From a virus (Duplodnaviria > Caudoviricetes), in IMG/VR virus record IMGVR_UViG_3300032332_000629, positions 1-33,543 of that record: 33,543 nucleotides of DNA, one strand, 5' to 3'. The notes beneath the pieces were generated by a model, which made no database searches, had not been told where the DNA came from, and worked only from the letters and a program-made list of their open reading frames with translations. Position numbers and translations under genes: made by a program. Positions 22,872-32,097 of the stretch are shown piece after piece (within the stretch, counting starts at the first letter, position 1; the number at the start of each line of letters is the position of its first letter).

Positions 22872-25800
22872 ATGGCCGAAACAGTCGCAATCTGGCTCAT
22901 CACAACATTCGCCGCAGCGAATACGGCAGGAGTCGTAGTCGTCAGCATGGCGACACTCCAAGCGGTCACTGCTGTCGTCTCGTTTATCGGCGTAATGGCC
23001 GCGTCAATGGCTGCGTCGAAACTACTCGCGCCGAAGATGCCGAGTTTCGCCGACTCGTCGCTCGCCGAACGCTCGCAAATGGTGCGCTCGCCGATTGCCT
23101 CGCGCCAAATCATTTACGGCACGGCAAAGGTCTCGGGCGTCGTCGTTTACATTTCAACGACCGGAACCAAGAACGAATACCTTCACCTCGTCGTCGCGAT
23201 GGCGGGTCACGAGGTCGAAGAAATCGGAAACGTTTACTTCGGCGACGAACTCGCGCTCACCGGATCCGGTTCATCGGCGACAGGCCGCTTCGCCGGCAAA
23301 GCCGAGATTTACAAGAAACTCGGTGGCGATACGCAGACCGTCGAGACGAACTTACAGGCTGCTACCGCATCGCTGACCGATGGCAAATGGACGAGCGCGC
23401 ATCGGCTGCGCGGCATTGCCTACATTTACGTTCGCCTGACGTGGGACACCGAGGTCTTCGCCAACGGCATTCCAAACATCTCGGCAATTGTGAAGGGTAA
23501 GAAGGTTTACGACCCGCGCACGACGAATACGGTTTGGAGCGCGAACGCTGCGCTCTGCCTTCGCGACTACCTTACGAGCAGCGCAGGCATGGGGATGGGC
23601 TCGGCCGAGATTGACGATACCGCAGTGCAAGCTGCTGCGAACATTTGCGAGGAACAGGTGCAGGTGCTACCGCTCTCCCCGACCAGCTACGAAAACCGCT
23701 ACGATTGCAACGGCGTGCTCTCGACGAGCGAAACACCCGACGCAAACATCGGAAAACTGCTTTCCGCGATGGGCGGTCTGATCGCGTATTCGGGCGGCAA
23801 GGTCGTGATCTACGCAGCGAACTACCGAATCCCGACTGTTACGCTTACCGAAAAACATTTCGCTGGCGGCATGAGTGTGCAGACGCGCACGAGCGCGCGC
23901 GACCGCGTGAATGCCGTGAAGGGCGTTTACGTTTCCGAGGCGAATCAATGGCAGGTCTCAGACTTTCCCTCGATTGCGCCGTCGGCGTATTACACCGCGG
24001 ACAATAACACGCGCTACTGGCGCGACGTAGTGCTCCCGTTTACGACCTCCTCGTCGTGCGCGCAGCGTCTCGCGGTGATCGAACTGCGCCGCGCCCGTGA
24101 AGAAATCACGTTCTCGGCTCGCTTCCGCCTGGAGGCCATGCAGGTCCGCGCGGGCGATACCGTGATGATTACCAACGCCAAGCTGGGATGGTCAGCGAAG
24201 GTGTTCGAGGTGATGGAGTGGCATTTCGTGACCGATGGAAACCCACCGCAGCTCGGCGTTGACATGACGCTGCGCGAGACTGCATCGAGCGTTTATGACT
24301 GGACCGTTTCGGACGAGGTCGCGGTCGCTGACTCGCCGAATACGACGCTGCCAAACCCTTACGCAATTGACGCGCCTACGAATCTCACGCTGACGGCAAA
24401 CGGCACGACGCAATTGATTCAAGCCGACGGCACGGCGCTGCCGCGCATCCTCGTCTCGTGGAGCGCGCCAGCCGAGGAGTTTATTCAATCGGGCGGCACG
24501 GTCGGTATCGAATACAAGGAAAGCACTTCGACAACGTATCTTACTTGGTCGCGTGTTCCCGGCGACACGACGCGCGATTACATTTCTTCGGACGTGAAGA
24601 TCGGATTGACCTACGACGTGCGCATTTTCGGGGAATCGTATTTCAAGGTTTCGACGAGTTATCTGAGCGCGACCACGGGCGTCTCGAAAGACACGACGCC
24701 TCCGGCAGTTCCGACCGGACTCGGGGCAGTCATCGGCACTGGAAAGGCAGTGTCGCTCGACTGGAACGACAACACCGAGCCGGACTTTTCGGAATACGGC
24801 GTTTATCGGCTCACGTCCGCAGTAACCGCTTCGGCCCAGAAGATCGCCGAGACGCGCGCGAGTCGGTTTATCGACACCGAAGTCACGCTCGGGACGACTT
24901 ACTTTTACTGGGTCAGCGCCTACGATTCTGTCGAGAATCAATCTGCGCTTTGTGGATACGTGAGCGCCACGCCGGTCGCGATCACCGCCGGTTCCGCAGA
25001 CTCTACTGCGCCGAGCACTCCTTCGGCTCCGACGTTCATCGACTCAACGGCCTACCTCTCGACCGATGGCACGAGCTTCGCGCGCGTCTCGCTCACGGCT
25101 CCTGGTCTGCCGACTGGCGCGGTCGCGCTCGATGTGCTCTATCGTCGCAGCGGCGCAAGCGACTGGATCGTCGGGAATCAAATCTCGTCCTCCGTCTCCT
25201 ACAAAGTATCAATCGACGATCTCTCGGTCGGCATCGCCTACGAGTTCGCGGCGCGCGGAATCTCGTTTTCTGGTGCGCTTTCGTCCGTGTCGTCTACGCT
25301 GAGTCAGTCGGCGCCGTCGAATACGACCGCTCCCGGCGCTCCGACCTCGCTCACATACATCGCCGGAAACTCTGCCAGCTTTGAGCGTTCGCCGGAAATG
25401 ATCGGAGGCGTGTTAGCGTATTCAATTCGCGTCAACTGGACGCCGCCGAGCGACAAGAGCGTGCTTAGTTATGAGGCCGTAAACACAGTGACGGACAGCG
25501 ACACAGCAGCGAACGCCGACTACGCGCTCGGCTACTTTTTCCGCCAGTCGATTCCCGAGGAAATCTTCTCAAATCTTGCGATTTCGACGGGCTACATTCG
25601 CGTGCGCTCGGTTGACCGAACTGGGCAAAAAAGCGCATGGGCTGGCGGCGGCGTGAACATTAACGCCTACTGGGGACTGCCAGCCGGAACGATGACAAAT
25701 CAGAATAGCGGTTCGGTCGCGATCACGGGCGGCAGCATCACGAACATCACAGACATCGCCATTACTGACGGCGGCACGGGGGCGAGTAGCGCGTCGGGCG

Positions 25801-26237
25801 CCCGCACCAACCTCGGCCTTGGCGGAGCCGCGACGCTTTCGGTCGGCACTGCCGCAGGAACGGTCGCTGCGGGCGACGACTCTCGCATCACGGGAGCAGC
25901 GCAGAAAGCGAGCAACCTCAGCGACCTAGCTAGCGCATCGACGGCGCGCAGCAACCTCGGTTTCAGGGCGGCGGTTTCACACGTTGAAATTATGACGGGA
26001 GGTGCGCCCACTGAAGTTTTTTATTACACCCACAACTTCGGAGTGCTGCAAGAACGCATCTTGGTTCAGGTCTCCGCGGTCGCCGCTGGCGCTTTGGACA
26101 TGACCGAATACTTGGTCCAGCACGACTACGGAAACGCTGGGAACGATGCCAACACGTCCTACTTCGTAATCAGCACGAAGAGCGGCGTGAACCTGACCAG
26201 CCAGTCGGTGCGAATGACGATTAACTGGCTGCCATGA
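22872..26237 (+). CDS. Central tail tip/host-specificity protein (gpJ-like) with FN3 repeats
   Basis: 'RQIIYG', 'HRLRGIAY', 'VKGKKVYDPRT...WSANAALCLRDYL'; FN3-like 'DTTPPAVPTGL...LDWNDN...YFYWVSAYD'. Confidence 0.9.
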   Translation: MAETVAIWLITTFAAANTAGVVVVSMATLQAVTAVVSFIGVMAASMAASKLLAPKMPSFADSSLAERSQMVRSPIASRQIIYGTAKVSGVVVYISTTGTKNEYLHLVVAMAGHEVEEIGNVYFGDELALTGSGSSATGRFAGKAEIYKKLGGDTQTVETNLQAATASLTDGKWTSAHRLRGIAYIYVRLTWDTEVFANGIPNISAIVKGKKVYDPRTTNTVWSANAALCLRDYLTSSAGMGMGSAEIDDTAVQAAANICEEQVQVLPLSPTSYENRYDCNGVLSTSETPDANIGKLLSAMGGLIAYSGGKVVIYAANYRIPTVTLTEKHFAGGMSVQTRTSARDRVNAVKGVYVSEANQWQVSDFPSIAPSAYYTADNNTRYWRDVVLPFTTSSSCAQRLAVIELRRAREEITFSARFRLEAMQVRAGDTVMITNAKLGWSAKVFEVMEWHFVTDGNPPQLGVDMTLRETASSVYDWTVSDEVAVADSPNTTLPNPYAIDAPTNLTLTANGTTQLIQADGTALPRILVSWSAPAEEFIQSGGTVGIEYKESTSTTYLTWSRVPGDTTRDYISSDVKIGLTYDVRIFGESYFKVSTSYLSATTGVSKDTTPPAVPTGLGAVIGTGKAVSLDWNDNTEPDFSEYGVYRLTSAVTASAQKIAETRASRFIDTEVTLGTTYFYWVSAYDSVENQSALCGYVSATPVAITAGSADSTAPSTPSAPTFIDSTAYLSTDGTSFARVSLTAPGLPTGAVALDVLYRRSGASDWIVGNQISSSVSYKVSIDDLSVGIAYEFAARGISFSGALSSVSSTLSQSAPSNTTAPGAPTSLTYIAGNSASFERSPEMIGGVLAYSIRVNWTPPSDKSVLSYEAVNTVTDSDTAANADYALGYFFRQSIPEEIFSNLAISTGYIRVRSVDRTGQKSAWAGGGVNINAYWGLPAGTMTNQNSGSVAITGGSITNITDIAITDGGTGASSASGARTNLGLGGAATLSVGTAAGTVAAGDDSRITGAAQKASNLSDLASASTARSNLGFRAAVSHVEIMTGGAPTEVFYYTHNFGVLQERILVQVSAVAAGALDMTEYLVQHDYGNAGNDANTSYFVISTKSGVNLTSQSVRMTINWLP

Positions 26238-26264
26238 GTTCCGCATAGAAAACCGCCGCGCCCA

Positions 26265-27008
26265 ATGAAACACGCCCGCCGCTTCGTCGTAGCCACTGAC
26301 CCACACGGCGACCAAGTGGACGCCGAGACCGAGCGCGCGCTCTTCGCGTTCATCGCGGACTTCAAGCCGCAACTGCGCATCCACGGCGGCGACAACTGGG
26401 ACTTCCGCAACCTCCGCCGGGGCGCGAGCGACGATGAGAAGGCGCACAGCCTGGAAGACGACTGGCAGGCCGGCGCGGACTTCATGCGTCGTTTCTTCGA
26501 CGGCGGCGCACAGAATCATTTCCTGCGCGGCAACCACGACGAGCGGCTCTGGCGATTCGCGGAGTCGGCGACGGGCTTGCTGCGCGACTACGCGCACGAC
26601 GGAATCAAGCGGGTCGAAAAGCTGGTGGCAAAGTCGCGCGCCGGAATGCTGCCTTACGATTCGCGGCGCGGTGTGCTGAAACTCGGAGACACAAACGTCA
26701 TCCACGGATACGCGGCCGGCATCGGTGCGGCACGCAAGCACGCGCTCGTTTACGGCCGCTCGCTTTTTGGCCACACCCACAACTGCGACATCGCGGTCGC
26801 CGAGTCGTGCGATGGTGCTAGCGAGGCGCGCGGAATCGGCGCGTGCTGCAAGCTCGACATGAACTACAACGCGCACCAGATCGGCAAACTGCGGCATCAG
26901 AACGCATGGTGCTACGGCTTACTTTTTACCGATGGAACAACTCAAATCAATCAGGCTAAGAAAATCGACGGTCGCTTCTGGATCGCGTCCGACTTCCGCG
27001 CCGTCTGA
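26265..27008 (+). CDS. Calcineurin-like metallophosphoesterase
   Basis: DxH (TDPHGD), GD (GGDNWD), GNHD, HG and GHTH motifs. Confidence 0.9.
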   Translation: MKHARRFVVATDPHGDQVDAETERALFAFIADFKPQLRIHGGDNWDFRNLRRGASDDEKAHSLEDDWQAGADFMRRFFDGGAQNHFLRGNHDERLWRFAESATGLLRDYAHDGIKRVEKLVAKSRAGMLPYDSRRGVLKLGDTNVIHGYAAGIGAARKHALVYGRSLFGHTHNCDIAVAESCDGASEARGIGACCKLDMNYNAHQIGKLRHQNAWCYGLLFTDGTTQINQAKKIDGRFWIASDFRAV

Positions 27009-27234
27009 CGACAGCTGGGCCGCGCTCATTTCCTACGAGCTGAGTTTGCGCGGGAGACCGGCCGGCGACGGATGGAAAACAGTCAACGAGCTGGCTCCCG
27101 TATTAGGAATCAAATCACGCACAGCGCGGGATCGAATCGTAGCGATGGTGAGCAAAGGGAAACTTGAGCGATGCGAGGGCTCGACGGACCGTGGCATCAA
27201 GTGCTTTTTCTATCGGCCGAAGTCCAAGGCCTAG
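26932..27234 (+). CDS. Small winged-HTH-like protein (start uncertain)
   Basis: 'GWKTVNELAPVLGIKSRTARDRIVAMVSKGKLE...FYRP'. Confidence 0.6.
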   Translation: MEQLKSIRLRKSTVASGSRPTSAPSDDSWAALISYELSLRGRPAGDGWKTVNELAPVLGIKSRTARDRIVAMVSKGKLERCEGSTDRGIKCFFYRPKSKA

Positions 27235-27388
27235 TTTGCCAAAACATTTGACGCGCCCTAAGTCGCGCAACCATCGCGACTTACAAAAGCAGCAGAACAA
27301 AATCCGCAATTGAGCTTTACGCAGGCGGGGCGTTCGGATTGAGTGTGCACGTCGGAGGGAATTAACCCCGAGACGCGCAATCAACCAC

Positions 27389-27592
27389 ATGAAAACCGAT
27401 ACCACCCTTCCCGTCCTCGTTTCCACTCGCGAGGTCTTGCACCACGTGACCTTCCAAAGCGGACCCAGAATTTCAGAGGTCCAAACGATTCGGATGCCAG
27501 ATGGGTCCCTCGTAGAGGTGTCGATCTGGAAAAACGAAGCGGGCAAGGTTTGCCGCGTCGGAGCGCCGGTCATGGTCGGAGGTCCCGCATAA
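27389..27592 (+). CDS. Hypothetical protein, first early gene
   Basis: ATG after an AC-rich leader and a 150-bp intergenic gap. Confidence 0.65.
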   Translation: MKTDTTLPVLVSTREVLHHVTFQSGPRISEVQTIRMPDGSLVEVSIWKNEAGKVCRVGAPVMVGGPA

Positions 27593-27753
27593 GCGCCACG
27601 ACCGCTCTGACCCGCGCTCTGGTCCTCGCGATCACTGCGCCCGACCAAGCTCGCGCCGACCGCGCCATCGCTCTCGCCGAAAGCATCGGCGCGGGCTGCA
27701 CGAAGCGCCAGATCGCCACCGCGAAACGCAACGCATCGAAGCTCACGAAATGA
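27589..27753 (+). CDS. Small helical protein with apparent ATA start (or decayed ATG)
   Basis: GGAGG at 27578-27582 then ATA AGC GCC; SATTALTRALVLAITAPDQARADRAIALAE; stop overlaps the next ATG. Confidence 0.55.
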   Translation: MSATTALTRALVLAITAPDQARADRAIALAESIGAGCTKRQIATAKRNASKLTK

Positions 27754-28130
27754 AATCCACGCTCCTCCTCCTCGCGCTCGCAGCCACCGCGCAAGCCGCG
27801 CCTCCTGCCTCCTTCTGGCGCGCGCTTCACATCGTCGAGACCTCGGGGCGCACCGGCGCGATCCTCGGCGACAACGGCCGCGCGCTCGGGCCGCTTCAGA
27901 TTCACCGCGCTTACCACGCCGACGCTCGCATCGGCGGGGACTACGCTCGCTGCGCTGACCTCGACTACTCCAAGCGCGTCGTGACCGCCTACCTTCAACG
28001 CTACGCTCCGCAGGCGTGGGCGGCGGGCGATGTGAAGACGCTCGCCCGCGTTCATAACGGTGGACCTACCGGAGCAAGCAAACAAGCGACCGTGAACTAT
28101 GGAGCTAAAGTCGCACGCCTGACCAAATAA
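27750..28130 (+). CDS. Secreted lysozyme-like muramidase (i-type/destabilase-like motifs)
   Basis: Signal peptide MKSTLLLLALAATAQA; 'IVETSG' Glu, 'GPLQIHRAYHADA', 'ARVHNGGP'. Confidence 0.8.
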   Translation: MKSTLLLLALAATAQAAPPASFWRALHIVETSGRTGAILGDNGRALGPLQIHRAYHADARIGGDYARCADLDYSKRVVTAYLQRYAPQAWAAGDVKTLARVHNGGPTGASKQATVNYGAKVARLTK

Positions 28131-28170
28131 CTTTCCGGGGCATCGGCTCCGCAACAACAAACAACGACAC

Positions 28171-28497
28171 ATGAATAACGACGACAATGAAATGATCGCG
28201 TGCGCGCAAACTCTGCGTGCCGCAGTGAACAACGAGACGGAGGTAGCGGTTGCGCGCCGAGTGGTTATCAGCAACTACAACGCGGCGCCGGTCCATGAAT
28301 GGTGCATCTACACCGGCGACATCCTCAATAAGGGGAAATGGAAATGGGAATGCGCGATTGGAGCGACGCTGCAAAGCGCCTTCGATGCCGCGCTGGCTCA
28401 AATCGTGAAGCAGGGTGACGACCGAAGCCGCGAGCTGGCGAGGCTCAATGAATCCGCCGCAAAGCTCGGCCTGCAACTCGTGGAGGCGCAGCCATGA
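28171..28497 (+). CDS. Hypothetical protein
   Basis: ATG after an AC-rich leader; ATGA coupling to the next gene. Confidence 0.75.
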   Translation: MNNDDNEMIACAQTLRAAVNNETEVAVARRVVISNYNAAPVHEWCIYTGDILNKGKWKWECAIGATLQSAFDAALAQIVKQGDDRSRELARLNESAAKLGLQLVEAQP

Positions 28498-28691
28498 GCC
28501 GACCACGAACGGTGGAGACCGAGCAGATTCTCCGCAATCTCCTCTCCGGTCTGACGCCGAAAGAAATCGCATTCAGCCTCGGGCGCGCACCCTGCACAGT
28601 ATCGAAAACCGCGTGGAACCACGGCATTCGTAAGCAATACGTTACCGAGTCCGAGTTCCGACAAATCCTCAGTCAGCGCAAAACAACATGA
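28494..28691 (+). CDS. Small HTH protein
   Basis: 'GLTPKEIAFSLGRAPCTVSKTA'. Confidence 0.75.
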   Translation: MSRPRTVETEQILRNLLSGLTPKEIAFSLGRAPCTVSKTAWNHGIRKQYVTESEFRQILSQRKTT

Positions 28692-29116
28692 CCGAACAAC
28701 TCAAACTGATTCACGCGGAACTCGTCCGCATTCGCGAGGCTCTCGAAGCCCGCCCATACGCAGCCGGCGCACCGCCTACAAAGCCTGCATCGAGCTTCGC
28801 GAAGACTGACGAGGTGCCGATGCCGACCGAGGTGATCCCGAACGCGGGCGACGTGCAGGTGCACTTTGGCAAGAACAATGGCGTGGCGCTCTCCAGTCTC
28901 GGCGACCGCTCCGTCGCGTGGTATGCGCAAGAACCGGAACCGCGGCTCGACAGCAGCGGCAAACCGTTTCCGCCGCGTGCCGAGGACGTGCAGCTTCGCA
29001 ACGCAGCGCGGACGCTGATTCATCAAAAGCGCGGGACACTCACGGGTGCCGCAGTAAACCAACCAAAGGCATCCGTCACGGTCGCAAGCGTGGATGACGA
29101 AAATGTTCCCTTCTGA
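28688..29116 (+). CDS. Hypothetical protein with 'HFGKNNG' motif and acidic DDENVPF tail
   Basis: Motifs seen directly; upstream of the recombination genes. Confidence 0.75.
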   Translation: MTEQLKLIHAELVRIREALEARPYAAGAPPTKPASSFAKTDEVPMPTEVIPNAGDVQVHFGKNNGVALSSLGDRSVAWYAQEPEPRLDSSGKPFPPRAEDVQLRNAARTLIHQKRGTLTGAAVNQPKASVTVASVDDENVPF

Positions 29117-29188
29117 AAAAAAGAAACCCGCGACGGCAACGACACCGCGCGGGAACCCACAAATCACCCTTAGACAAACAACAACAAC

Positions 29189-29884
29189 ATGAATAGCGAA
29201 GACGTTAAAACCAGCACCGCAACCGTAACCGCCGTGATCGAAACGCCGAAAAGCGTGACGACACCGGCCCAAATCAAGAGCCCGATTAACTTCGGCGCGC
29301 AGGGCGTGAAGCTCGCAAGTCTTGAAGACGCATTCAGGCTCGCGAACGCAATCGTCGCCAGCGGCTTCGCGCCGCGTGGCATGGAGAAACCTGAGTCCGT
29401 GCTCGTCGCGATCCAGCTCGGCGCAGAGCTGGGTCTCACACCTATGGCAGCGTTGCAAAACACCGCCGTGATCAACGGCCGGCCAGCGATCTACGGTGAC
29501 GCGGCGCTCGCGCTCGTTCGCGCTTCCGGTTTGCTCGAATCGTTCGCCGAGGAAGAGGTCGGCGAGGCCGGCAAAGACACGTTCGGCGTCCGCGTCACCG
29601 CAGTCCGCCGCGATGGGTCGAAAGGCTCCGAGACGTTCACCATCGGAGACGCCAAGGCCGCGAAACTCTGGGGTAAATCCGGTCCTTGGACGGACTACCC
29701 GCGCCGGATGCTGAAATTCCGCGCGCGCGGCTTCGTCCTGCGCGACGTGTTCGGGGATGTGCTCAAGGGCTTGCGCACCGTTGAGGAGGTCCGCGACTTT
29801 CCCGAGGAGCGCAACGTCACGCCACTCTCGGAAAAAGTCGGCGGTGGACTGACTGCCGCGCTGACGAACGGAGGTGCCGCATGA
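29189..29884 (+). CDS. recT: RecT-like ssDNA-annealing recombinase
   Basis: 'AIQLGAELGLTPMAALQNTAVINGRPAIYG', 'GPWTDYPRRMLKFRARGFVLRDVFGDVLKGL'. Confidence 0.85.
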   Translation: MNSEDVKTSTATVTAVIETPKSVTTPAQIKSPINFGAQGVKLASLEDAFRLANAIVASGFAPRGMEKPESVLVAIQLGAELGLTPMAALQNTAVINGRPAIYGDAALALVRASGLLESFAEEEVGEAGKDTFGVRVTAVRRDGSKGSETFTIGDAKAAKLWGKSGPWTDYPRRMLKFRARGFVLRDVFGDVLKGLRTVEEVRDFPEERNVTPLSEKVGGGLTAALTNGGAA

Positions 29885-30177
29885 ACGCCGGGGAAATCAA
29901 GAACGCCGCAGTGATCAACAACGCTACGGAGCAATTCCGCTCGCTGCTCGAAACGCACTTCGTCGCCATCGCTCGCGCCGCCGAGGAATCCTTTATTGAG
30001 GACGAATCGCAGGCCGAGCCGAAAGCCAAGGCATCGTTTGCCGTCGAGTGGGACGCGCTCTCGCTCTCGCCGAAAGTCTCGGTGAAGATCGGCTGGTCGG
30101 TGCGATTCAAGGACGAGTCGGAGGCGATGGTGGACCCGCTCCAGCAGAAACTCGACATCGTGGAGGGCAAAAAATGA
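29881..30177 (+). CDS. Hypothetical protein
   Basis: ATGA-coupled at both ends; GGAGG upstream. Confidence 0.75.
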   Translation: MNAGEIKNAAVINNATEQFRSLLETHFVAIARAAEESFIEDESQAEPKAKASFAVEWDALSLSPKVSVKIGWSVRFKDESEAMVDPLQQKLDIVEGKK

Positions 30178-31010
30178 ACATCGAAACCAACGAGCAATAC
30201 CACGCGAACGACGCGATCTCGCACAGCAAGCTGGAGCTATTCCGGCGCCGGCCGATCTCCTATTACCGCCGATTCGTCAGCAAGACGCTCGCGCGCCCCG
30301 AGGCGACGGAGGCATTCCGCATCGGCTCCGCGGCACATTGCGCGGTCCTGGAGCCTGACGCCTTTTGGGTGCGCTACGCTCTGCGCCCCGAGGGCATTGA
30401 CCGGCGGACTAAGGCCGGCAAAGAAGAGTTCGCGCGGTTCGAGTCCGAGAACATCGGCAGAACCGTAATCGACCAAGGCGAGGCCGGTAGCGTGCGCGAA
30501 ATGGCCGTTGCGGTGCAAAATCATCCGCTAGCGTCGCAACTGTTGGCCGCTGGCTCACCGGAGTTGAGCTGGAGAGTCTCGCCCGCGGGCGGAATGGCGC
30601 TGCAATGCCGGACGGATTGGTTCAACCCTGCCGGCTGCGAGTTGAGCGGAGGGCGACCCTACGTCGCGGACTTGAAGACAGTCGAGAGCCTCGATTCCGA
30701 CGCGTTCCGCAACTTCGAGCGCGCTTGCTTCTCGTTCGGCTATCACCGGCAAGCAGGCTTTTACCTGCCGCTCATCACGGAGATTCTAGGCTCGCCGGTC
30801 TTCGACTTCTTCTTCATCGCCGTGGAAAAGGTCGAGCCGTTCGGCGTTGCCGTCTATCGCCTAAGCGACGCAGCAATCTCCCGCGGGCAAGACGAGACGA
30901 TCAGCGATTTGATTCGCCTGAAATCGTGTCAGGAAAGCCAGCAATGGCCCAACATCGAACCGAGCCTGCGCGAGATTGGGCTGCCTAAATGGTATGGAGG
31001 TGGCGAATGA
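30174..31010 (+). CDS. RecE/exonuclease VIII-like PD-(D/E)XK nuclease
   Basis: ATG 30174; 'YHA..AISHSKL', 'GSAAHCAVLEP', 'CRTD...DLKT', 'YHRQAGFY', 'FIAVEK'. Confidence 0.9.
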   Translation: MNIETNEQYHANDAISHSKLELFRRRPISYYRRFVSKTLARPEATEAFRIGSAAHCAVLEPDAFWVRYALRPEGIDRRTKAGKEEFARFESENIGRTVIDQGEAGSVREMAVAVQNHPLASQLLAAGSPELSWRVSPAGGMALQCRTDWFNPAGCELSGGRPYVADLKTVESLDSDAFRNFERACFSFGYHRQAGFYLPLITEILGSPVFDFFFIAVEKVEPFGVAVYRLSDAAISRGQDETISDLIRLKSCQESQQWPNIEPSLREIGLPKWYGGGE

Positions 31011-31108
31011 AGCCGCTGATTGACTGGCTGCTCTGGATCGCGTTCGCCGCGGTTCTGATTGTGACTTACCCGTTTATTTTCAACCGAAATGACGACGATG
31101 ATCTCTGA
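31007..31108 (+). CDS. Small membrane peptide (33 aa; not in the ORF track)
   Basis: MKPLIDWLLWIAFAAVLIVTYPFIFNRNDDDDL; GGAGG and ATGA overlap. Confidence 0.6.
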   Translation: MKPLIDWLLWIAFAAVLIVTYPFIFNRNDDDDL

Positions 31109-31289
31109 CATTCTCACGACACTCGCAGTTTTCGCAGGCGCCCTTGCGCTTGGCTTTATGATCGGCGCGCACACTGGCTACAAGCGAGGACGCGACGAGC
31201 AATGGATTGAAAGTTTCTTTAACGCGCAGAAAATGCAACGCGACCGGCGCGACAATGCCGGCCGGTTCAAACGGAAGGAAAAGCCATGA
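31089..31289 (+). CDS. Small membrane protein
   Basis: N-terminal TM helix; C-terminal 'RDNAGRFK'. Confidence 0.7.
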   Translation: MTTMISDILTTLAVFAGALALGFMIGAHTGYKRGRDEQWIESFFNAQKMQRDRRDNAGRFKRKEKP

Positions 31290-31498
31290 ACAAAAGAAAA
31301 TCAGACGAGGCGAAACGCAACCAGTGCGACGCTATGCTCGCGCAGTTTATGCCCGTAAAAACGATCGCGCAGGCCCTTAGAATGAGCCGTGGGACCGTGA
31401 GCGAACGAGCGAAGCGCGCGGGGATGACGAGGCACTACATCACGGAGGCCGAGGCGCGGCTGCTGCTCAAGCGGCGCATGGGAGGGTTTGAGAAATGA
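31286..31498 (+). CDS. Small HTH protein, paralog of 28494-28691
   Basis: 'PVKTIAQALRMSRGTVSERA'; shared G..+.Y[VI]TE.E.R motif. Confidence 0.75.
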   Translation: MNKRKSDEAKRNQCDAMLAQFMPVKTIAQALRMSRGTVSERAKRAGMTRHYITEAEARLLLKRRMGGFEK

Positions 31499-31947
31499 GC
31501 ACGCTTACCTTTACCGTCCAGGGCGAGCCGAAGGGCCAGCCGAGGCCGCGAGCGTTTGCGCGGAAGATGGGCAACGTGCACGTCGCGCGGTTTTACGACT
31601 CGGACGTGGCCGACACATGGAAGTGGCTGGTCAAGGTCGCAACCATCGAGGCCGCGATCCGGCAGAAGTGGGCGTTTACCGAGTCGCCCGTTGCAGTCGA
31701 GCTGCGGTTCGCCATGCCGCGCCCGAAGTCGCATTTCGGTGCGCGTGGGCTGCGGGAAAGTTCGCCGCAGTTTCACGTCGGACGACCCGACCTCGATAAC
31801 AAAATTAAGCTAATTTTTGACCAGATCACTCGCTGCGGGCACATATGGCGGGATGACTCGCAGGTCATCGCGCTTAAGGCCGACAAGTTTTGGGCCGTGG
31901 GCGATGACGCGGGGTGCTCGGTTTCGATTTCGACGCTGGAGATTTGA
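31495..31947 (+). CDS. rusA: RusA-family Holliday junction resolvase
   Basis: 'GEPKGQPRPR', 'FAMPRPKSH', 'RPDLDNKIKLIFD', 'WRDDSQV'. Confidence 0.92.
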   Translation: MSTLTFTVQGEPKGQPRPRAFARKMGNVHVARFYDSDVADTWKWLVKVATIEAAIRQKWAFTESPVAVELRFAMPRPKSHFGARGLRESSPQFHVGRPDLDNKIKLIFDQITRCGHIWRDDSQVIALKADKFWAVGDDAGCSVSISTLEI

Positions 31948-32025
31948 GTTTACATCCGAGCCGAAAGCTGAGAGAAGAAACCAAGGCCGTAGAAAGCCGA
32001 TTTCCACAATGTTTCATCAAACTTT

Positions 32026-32092
32026 AGCCAGTCAGAAGCGCGGAGGCCTATCGTGGGGCCAATTTCTACCCGTGCATCTGGCTGGCTTTTTT
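32026..32092 (+). terminator. Long terminator/attenuator hairpin just upstream of the replication gene
   Basis: AGCCAGTCAGA (32026-32036) pairs with TCTGGCTGGCT (32077-32087), followed by a T run. Confidence 0.7.
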
Positions 32093-32097
32093 GTTCC

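Noticed and set aside
29117-29160. Hairpin CCCGCG...CGCGGG preceded by an A run
   Set aside because: No U tract on +; could be a - strand terminator or processing stem, but there is no - strand gene to support it
4486-29458. Long minus-strand ORFs (e.g. 4521-5360, 6105-6920, 13456-14400, 25977-26897, 28673-29458)
   Set aside because: Antisense shadows of GC-rich + strand genes, with no motifs
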